Below are positions 26,366 through 32,000 of a stretch of DNA of 32,000 bases, piece after piece. Made by a program: the position numbers and the translations under genes. A model generated the notes under the pieces. It worked only from the letters and a program-made list of their open reading frames with translations. It was not told the DNA's origin and ran no database searches. The stretch's first letter is position 1. The number at the start of each line of letters is the position of its first letter. This DNA comes from Alkanindiges sp. WGS2144 (GTDB lineage: Bacteria > Pseudomonadota > Gammaproteobacteria > Pseudomonadales > Moraxellaceae), in assembly GCF_043950625.1 (NCBI RefSeq), contig NZ_CP171007.1. One strand, written 5' to 3'.

Positions 26366-26875
26366 ATGATGATTTTGACTGATAAAAAACCGCGTGTGAA
26401 TGTAGAGGCTATTCTGACAGCACAGGAAATTCATGATATTGAGCACTATATCGAGCATTATCCTGATCCGCGTGCTGCCTCGCTGGATGCGCTAAAAATT
26501 GTGCAAAAGCGCAATGGCTGGGTCGATGATGCCCAGGTGGCAGCCATTGGCCAGGTGCTGGGTATTTCCGCAGCAGACCTTGAAGGGGTGGCCACATTTT
26601 ATAACCGTATCTATCGCCGTCCGGTAGGTCGCCATGTGATCTTGCTGTGCGATTCCATTGCCTGTTATTTGATGGGTGCCGAGCCACTGGCTGACACATT
26701 CAAAAAGCATCTGGGTATTGACTACGGCCAAACCACTGCCGATGGCCGCTTTACCTTATTGCCAATTTGCTGTCTGGGTAACTGCGATAAGGCACCTACG
26801 CTCATGATTGATGAAGATACCCATGATCTGGTCGCTGCCAGTAATATTCCTGCCTTATTGGAGCAATATGTATGA
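26366..26875 (+). CDS. nuoE: NADH-quinone oxidoreductase subunit E.
   Basis: 2Fe-2S ligand context [12 protein letters not shown] and [11 protein letters not shown]. Confidence 0.92.
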   Translation: MMILTDKKPRVNVEAILTAQEIHDIEHYIEHYPDPRAASLDALKIVQKRNGWVDDAQVAAIGQVLGISAADLEGVATFYNRIYRRPVGRHVILLCDSIACYLMGAEPLADTFKKHLGIDYGQTTADGRFTLLPICCLGNCDKAPTLMIDEDTHDLVAASNIPALLEQYV

Positions 26876-28245
26876 CTGGGCCAATAAACAATAGTTCCTG
26901 CAATCAGGAGCCAAAACCGATCCATGGAAACGGTACGGCAGAAACCCATCCTTTAACCTGGCGCCTCAAGCATCATGAGTTTTTGCATGATATTGATACC
27001 TACGAGTCGCTGGAAGGCTATGCCGGTATGAAAAAAGCCCTGAGCATGTCACCTGGTGATGTGCTGGAGGCGGTGAAGGCTGCGACAGTAAAAGGCCGTG
27101 GTGGCGCGGGTTTCCCGGCAGGGATCAAGTGGTCGCTGATGGCACCAAACGACGGTGGCCCACGTTATTTGATCTGTAACGCCGATGAAATGGAACCGGG
27201 CACCTTTAAAGACCGTCTGCTGATGGAAAAACTGCCGCATCAGCTGATTGAAGGCATGATCATTGCAGGTTATACCCTGGAAGCCACGCAAGGCTATATC
27301 TTTATTCGTGGTGAATACATTGAAGCTGCCAAATATCTAAATGCTGCATTAGAACAGGTGCGTGCCAAAGGCTATCTGGGTCAGAATATCCTGGATACCG
27401 GCTGGAATTTTGAGATCCATGTTCATACTGGCGCCGGGCGTTATATCTGTGGTGAAGAAACCGCGCTGATTAACTCTTTAGAAGGCCGTCGCGCCAATCC
27501 GCGTACCAAGCCGCCATTTCCGCAAGTGGCAGGGGCATGGGGTCGTCCGACCATCGTCAATAACGTGGAAACCTTTAATAACCTGCCGGCTATTTTGCTG
27601 CGCGGTGCCGAATGGTATATCAATCTGTCAGCGCATAAAAGCAAAGACCCGGGTACCAAGATTTATGGCGCTTCTGGCAAGGTACGTTTTCCGGGGCTTT
27701 GGGAGCTGCCATTTGGTACCACAGCCCGTGAAGTCATTGAAGAGTATGCGGGCGGTATGCGTGATGGGCTGAAGCTCAAAGCCTGGTTACCCGGTGGTGC
27801 ATCGACTGACTTTTTAACAGCAGAGCATCTGGATATTCCCATGGATTCTGACAGTATCATGAAAGCAGGTTCCCGCTTGGGTACTTGTCTGCTGATGGTG
27901 GTGGATGAAACCCAGTGCATGGTGGCGCTGTCGCGTAACTTGCAGGAATTTTTTGCGCGTGAATCCTGTGGCTGGTGCACGCCCTGCCGTGATGGCTTGC
28001 CCTGGGCGGTGAAAGCGTTGTCGGGTATTGAGCAAAAACGCGGCAAGATTGAAGATATTAGCCATTTGCAGGAATTGACCAAGAACCTCTGGATTGGTAA
28101 AACCTTTTGTGCCCATGCGCCCGGCGCCATGGAGCCATTACAAAGCGCTTTAAAATATTTCCGTAGCGAGTTTGAGGCACTGATTCCTAAAGAGGCGACT
28201 TCTTTAGAACCAGCCGCCCAAACCAGCGACGTTGAGCAGGCTTAA
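26872..28245 (+). CDS. nuoF: NADH-quinone oxidoreductase subunit F.
   Basis: FMN/NADH-site motif [32 protein letters not shown], and N3 cluster motif [12 protein letters not shown]. Overlaps the nuoE stop by 4 nt. Confidence 0.93.
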   Translation: MTGPINNSSCNQEPKPIHGNGTAETHPLTWRLKHHEFLHDIDTYESLEGYAGMKKALSMSPGDVLEAVKAATVKGRGGAGFPAGIKWSLMAPNDGGPRYLICNADEMEPGTFKDRLLMEKLPHQLIEGMIIAGYTLEATQGYIFIRGEYIEAAKYLNAALEQVRAKGYLGQNILDTGWNFEIHVHTGAGRYICGEETALINSLEGRRANPRTKPPFPQVAGAWGRPTIVNNVETFNNLPAILLRGAEWYINLSAHKSKDPGTKIYGASGKVRFPGLWELPFGTTAREVIEEYAGGMRDGLKLKAWLPGGASTDFLTAEHLDIPMDSDSIMKAGSRLGTCLLMVVDETQCMVALSRNLQEFFARESCGWCTPCRDGLPWAVKALSGIEQKRGKIEDISHLQELTKNLWIGKTFCAHAPGAMEPLQSALKYFRSEFEALIPKEATSLEPAAQTSDVEQA

Positions 28246-28256
28246 GGAACCAGACG

Positions 28257-30989
28257 ATGGCTACAATACATGTCGATGGTAAAGACTTTGAGGTCGATGG
28301 GGCAGACAACCTGTTGCAGGCTTGCTTGTCACTTGGACTGGATATTCCATATTTTTGCTGGCACCCATCTCTGGGTTCTGTAGGTTCATGTCGTCAGTGT
28401 GCAGTAAAGCAATATGCCAATGCTGATGACACGCGTGGCCGTCTGGTGATGTCCTGTATGACCCCTGCCGCCAACGATACTTATATTTCTATTGATGACG
28501 AAGAAGCCAAGGCATTTCGTGAGTCAGTGGTTGAGTTTTTAATGACCAATCACCCGCACGATTGCCCGGTGTGTGAAGAAGGTGGTCATTGCCATCTTCA
28601 GGATATGACGGTAATGACCGGTCATGATCGTCGCCGCTATCGTTTTACCAAGCGTACCCACCATAATCAGGAGCTTGGGCCATTTATTGCCCATGAAATG
28701 AACCGCTGTATTGCCTGTTATCGCTGCGTGCGCTATTACAAGGACTATGCTGGTGGTACTGATCTTGGTGTATATGGTAATGCATCCCGGGTTTATTTTG
28801 GCCGTGAAACTGATGGCGTGCTGGAGAGCGAATTTTCCGGCAACCTGGTTGAAGTGTGTCCGACTGGTGTGTTTACTGATAAAACCCATTCTGAGCGTTA
28901 TAATCGTAAATGGGATATGCAATATGCGCCCAGCATCTGTCAGGGTTGTTCATCTGGCTGCAATATCTCTCCCGGTGAACGCTATGGTGAGCTGCGCCGG
29001 ATTGAAAACCGTTTTAATGGCTCGGTAAACCAGTATTTTCTGTGTGATAAAGGCCGCTTTGGTTATGGCTACGTGAACCGTAAGGATCGTCCACGCTTAC
29101 CACAACTTCATGTTGAAGGCCGTACAATTATCCTAAGTGTTGATGAGGCACTGGATCAAGGCATTGCCAGCCTAAAAGGCCAGAAGGTGCTGGGTATTGG
29201 ATCGCCACGTGCCAGTTTGGAAAGCAACTTTGCCTTACGTGAGCTGGTAGGGATTGATAATTTTTCTACTGGCATGAACCAGCAGGAACAACAACTGGTC
29301 GAATTGGCAGCCAGCTTGCTGCAAACAGAGGGTCTTTATAACCCGAACCTGCGTGAGGTCGAGCAGTATGATGCCGTGCTGATTTTGGGTGAAGACTTAA
29401 CCCAGACTGCACCACGACTGGCTCTGTCAGTGCGTCAGGCAGCCAAGAACAAAGGTTTGGAGATGGCCGCCGAGCGTAAGACACCTGGCTGGCTGGCTGA
29501 ACCGGTGGCGCGTATTGCCCAGGACGCCAAAAGTCCGGTATACATCCTGAGTGTGACCGATACCCGTTTAAGCGATATTGCCGAAGGCCAGGTCGTTGCT
29601 TCTCCTAACGATATTGCGCGTTTGGGCTTTGCCATTGCCGCAGCGATCAAGGCTGAAGCCATGCCAACAGACCTTTCGGATGAAGCCAAGGTCTTTGCTC
29701 TGGAAGTGGCACGTCAGCTTAAGCATGCCAAAAAACCATTGATTATTTCTGGTACCAGCCTGCTGGAACCTGCGCTTATGGAAGCAGCGGCACAGGTGGC
29801 TTTAAATCTGAATGCTGGTCAGGATGATGAGGCGCAAAACCGGGAGCAGGCTGGCTTAACTCTGGTCGTACCAGAAGCCAACTCCATGGGTGTGGCGCTG
29901 ATGGGCGGTATACCGCTGGAACAGGCGTTTGCACAAAATTATGATGCAGTGGTTATTGTTGAAAATGACCTGTACCGTCGTCTGCCAGCAGCACAGGTAA
30001 AGGCTGCGCTAAGCAAAACCAAGCAGATTATTGTGCTGGATCACCAGAGCACGCCTACCGTACAGCAGGCGTCTATTGTGCTATCTGCTGCCAGCTTTGC
30101 GGAGGGCGATGGCACAGTGGTCAGTCAGGAAGGTCGTGCCCAGCGTTACTTTCAGGTCTTTGATCCAGCTTATTACAATCCAGAAATCAGTATTAAAGAA
30201 AGCTGGCGCTGGTTGCATGCTATCCATACTGGTATTCAGGGCAAGCCGATTGACTGGACAGTGCTGGATGATGTGGTTGAAAGCATTGCTACTAATATTC
30301 CAGCACTTGAAGGTATTCTGGATGTGGCACCTGATGCAGGCTACCGTGTTCATGGCTTGAAGATTGCCCGTGAGCCGCGTCGCTATTCTGGTCGTACCGC
30401 CATGCGTGCCGGAATTTCTGTGCATGAACCCAAGCAGCCGACTGATCCGGATTCGGCACTAGCATTCTCCATGGAAGGCTATGTAGGGCCGCAGGAAGCC
30501 TCCTCTTTGATTCCATTTGCCTGGGCACCAGGCTGGAACTCGCCGCAAGCGTGGAACAAGTTTCAGGATGAAGTAGGGGGTCAATTAAAAGCCGGTGATC
30601 CGGGCGTGCGACTGTTTGACCGGTTGCCCAAGCGCCCAGCACGCAGCTTTGTAGCACCTGCTGCTCTAATAGAGAGTCAAAATACCTATCGTCTGGTACC
30701 GCTACATCATATTTTTGCTAGTGGCGAGATGATCATTCGTACGCCGGTAATGCAGTCGCGGATTCCGCAAGCTGCTTTTAGCGTGAGCCGTGATGATGCA
30801 GAACGTTTAAATGTACAGCAGGGTCAGCGCATTACTGTAAAAGCTGGTGATGCGATAGTGAACCTGCCTGTAAATGTAGTGGACTATCTGCCTTATGGAT
30901 GCGTGGGTTATCCGGTGGGACTTGCCCCCGTGGTCAGTTTAACCGATTCAATAGCTATCAGCATTGATGCTGCTGCGGTAGGAGTCTGA
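28257..30989 (+). CDS. nuoG: NADH-quinone oxidoreductase subunit G.
   Basis: 910 aa. N-terminal 2Fe-2S ([17 protein letters not shown]), [18 protein letters not shown] and [10 protein letters not shown] cluster motifs, followed by a molybdopterin-oxidoreductase-like domain. Confidence 0.93.
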   Translation: MATIHVDGKDFEVDGADNLLQACLSLGLDIPYFCWHPSLGSVGSCRQCAVKQYANADDTRGRLVMSCMTPAANDTYISIDDEEAKAFRESVVEFLMTNHPHDCPVCEEGGHCHLQDMTVMTGHDRRRYRFTKRTHHNQELGPFIAHEMNRCIACYRCVRYYKDYAGGTDLGVYGNASRVYFGRETDGVLESEFSGNLVEVCPTGVFTDKTHSERYNRKWDMQYAPSICQGCSSGCNISPGERYGELRRIENRFNGSVNQYFLCDKGRFGYGYVNRKDRPRLPQLHVEGRTIILSVDEALDQGIASLKGQKVLGIGSPRASLESNFALRELVGIDNFSTGMNQQEQQLVELAASLLQTEGLYNPNLREVEQYDAVLILGEDLTQTAPRLALSVRQAAKNKGLEMAAERKTPGWLAEPVARIAQDAKSPVYILSVTDTRLSDIAEGQVVASPNDIARLGFAIAAAIKAEAMPTDLSDEAKVFALEVARQLKHAKKPLIISGTSLLEPALMEAAAQVALNLNAGQDDEAQNREQAGLTLVVPEANSMGVALMGGIPLEQAFAQNYDAVVIVENDLYRRLPAAQVKAALSKTKQIIVLDHQSTPTVQQASIVLSAASFAEGDGTVVSQEGRAQRYFQVFDPAYYNPEISIKESWRWLHAIHTGIQGKPIDWTVLDDVVESIATNIPALEGILDVAPDAGYRVHGLKIAREPRRYSGRTAMRAGISVHEPKQPTDPDSALAFSMEGYVGPQEASSLIPFAWAPGWNSPQAWNKFQDEVGGQLKAGDPGVRLFDRLPKRPARSFVAPAALIESQNTYRLVPLHHIFASGEMIIRTPVMQSRIPQAAFSVSRDDAERLNVQQGQRITVKAGDAIVNLPVNVVDYLPYGCVGYPVGLAPVVSLTDSIAISIDAAAVGV

Positions 30990-30990
30990 C

Positions 30991-32000
30991 ATGCGGGTTG
31001 ATCCTTCAGTTCCAACATTTTTGAACGATTACATGACCACCAGCCAGTGGCAAACTACTTTTATGGTGGTGCAGGCGGTAGTGATCTTGCTGGTCGTGGT
31101 GCTGTTTGCAGCACTGATGAGCTTTATTGAGCGCCGGCTGCTGGCATGGTGGCAGGATCGCTATGGCCCAAACCGGGTGGGTCCCGGTGGGATATTCCAG
31201 ATTGTTGCTGACATGCTTAAAATCATGTTCAAGGAAGACTGGACACCCAAATTTGCCGATAAAATGATTTTCCGGCTAGCGCCAGCAATTGCCATGGCAA
31301 CTGCCGTTTTATCATTCATGGTCATTCCAATTAGTCCCACGCTTGGTGTGGCAGACCTGGATATTGGGCTACTGTTCTTTATGGCAATGGCTGGTATTGC
31401 AGTCTATGCTGTACTGTTTGGTGGCTGGTCATCCAATAACAAATATTCATTGCTGGGTGGTCTACGTTCAGCGGCGCAGACCATTTCCTATGAGGTATTT
31501 CTGGGTTTATCCCTAATGGGTGTGGTGGCGATAGCTGGCTCATTTAACCTGCGCGATATTGTGGAATCGCAGCGTGATATGTGGAATATTATCCCGCAGT
31601 TTCTGGGCTTTTGTATTTTTGCCATTGCTGGTGTAGCGGTAACGCACCGTCATCCATTTGACCAGCCGGAAGCCGAACAGGAACTGGCTGAGGGTTATCA
31701 TATTGAATACGGCGGCATGAAGTGGGGTATGTTCTTTGTTGCCGAGTATGTCAACGTGGTGGTGATCTCTGCCCTGATCACGGTACTGTTTTTTGGTGGC
31801 TGGCTGGCTCCATTTAATATTGAAATTCCGTTTGTGCCGCCGGTTTTCTGGTTTGTGGTTAAAACACTGTTCTTTGTCATGATGTTTGTTCTGGCGCGTG
31901 GCTCGCTGATTCGTCCGCGTTATGACCAGGTAATGAACTTTGGCTGGAAAGCCTGTTTACCTTTAACCCTGGTAAACCTTCTGGTTACCGCCGCAGTGAT
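30991..32000 (+). CDS. nuoH: NADH-quinone oxidoreductase subunit H, 3'-truncated by the window edge.
   Basis: Not in the ORF track because no stop falls inside the window. My translation from ATG 30991 gives [84 protein letters not shown]..., the conserved NuoH/ND1 N-terminus. The frame stays open to nt 32000. Confidence 0.88.
   Translation, partial: MRVDPSVPTFLNDYMTTSQWQTTFMVVQAVVILLVVVLFAALMSFIERRLLAWWQDRYGPNRVGPGGIFQIVADMLKIMFKEDWTPKFADKMIFRLAPAIAMATAVLSFMVIPISPTLGVADLDIGLLFFMAMAGIAVYAVLFGGWSSNNKYSLLGGLRSAAQTISYEVFLGLSLMGVVAIAGSFNLRDIVESQRDMWNIIPQFLGFCIFAIAGVAVTHRHPFDQPEAEQELAEGYHIEYGGMKWGMFFVAEYVNVVVISALITVLFFGGWLAPFNIEIPFVPPVFWFVVKTLFFVMMFVLARGSLIRPRYDQVMNFGWKACLPLTLVNLLVTAAV

Noticed and set aside
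27663-28130. 155-aa and 100-aa minus-strand ORFs antisense to nuoF, and similar ones in nuoCD, nuoE and nuoG.
   Set aside because: All are nested in highly conserved complex I genes, and none has motifs of its own.
31289-31880. ORFs 31289-31516 (+) and 31698-31880 (-).
   Set aside because: Both lie inside the nuoH reading frame (frame 1 from 30991). That frame is absent from the track only because it has no in-window stop.
1-32000. Searched by eye for CRISPR arrays, tRNA/rRNA genes, IS elements, integrases and toxin-antitoxin pairs.
   Set aside because: I saw no regularly spaced direct repeats, no cloverleaf-like or rRNA-like segments, and no transposase or integrase-like ORFs. A computational scan (tRNAscan-SE, ISfinder, CRISPRCasFinder) would be needed to exclude them formally.

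Overview
The window looks like a chromosomal segment from a Moraxellaceae bacterium, probably Acinetobacter. That assignment is inferred from gene content: a fused nuoCD, a long NuoA, a multi-LysM MltD and a macAB-OMP operon. Most of the window is core housekeeping. It holds the 3' part of mltD, a yejABEF-type peptide/microcin ABC importer, and an SDR epimerase/reductase. These are followed by a long-chain acyl-CoA synthetase, fabI, an orphan membrane protein, a macA-macB-outer-membrane-lipoprotein efflux operon on the minus strand, and nuoA through a partial nuoH. The exception is a sharply AT-rich two-gene insertion of about 3 kb at 8573-11520, wedged between yejF and a secreted-protein gene. 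It encodes a SIR2-like protein (GAGxS-type loop, TTNYD, KLHGS) translationally coupled to a HerA/FtsK-type P-loop ATPase (Walker A GSTGGGKS, Walker B VFVDEAH). This matches the architecture of the two-gene SIR2-HerA (Nezha-type) anti-phage NAD+-depletion system and is the most interesting thing here. No integrase, transposase, tRNA, rRNA or CRISPR array was seen. Secondary observations:
- a ~175-bp structured element bounded by inverted repeats, downstream of the efflux operon
- a 12-nt motif shared by two promoter regions flanking the acyl-CoA synthetase locus
- a possible decayed regulator gene
- a candidate 41-codon hydrophobic small ORF in the yejA-yejB spacer
- a duplicated three-LysM module in MltD
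- a long hydrophilic tail on NuoA
All homology statements come from reading the translated ORFs by eye; no database search was run.
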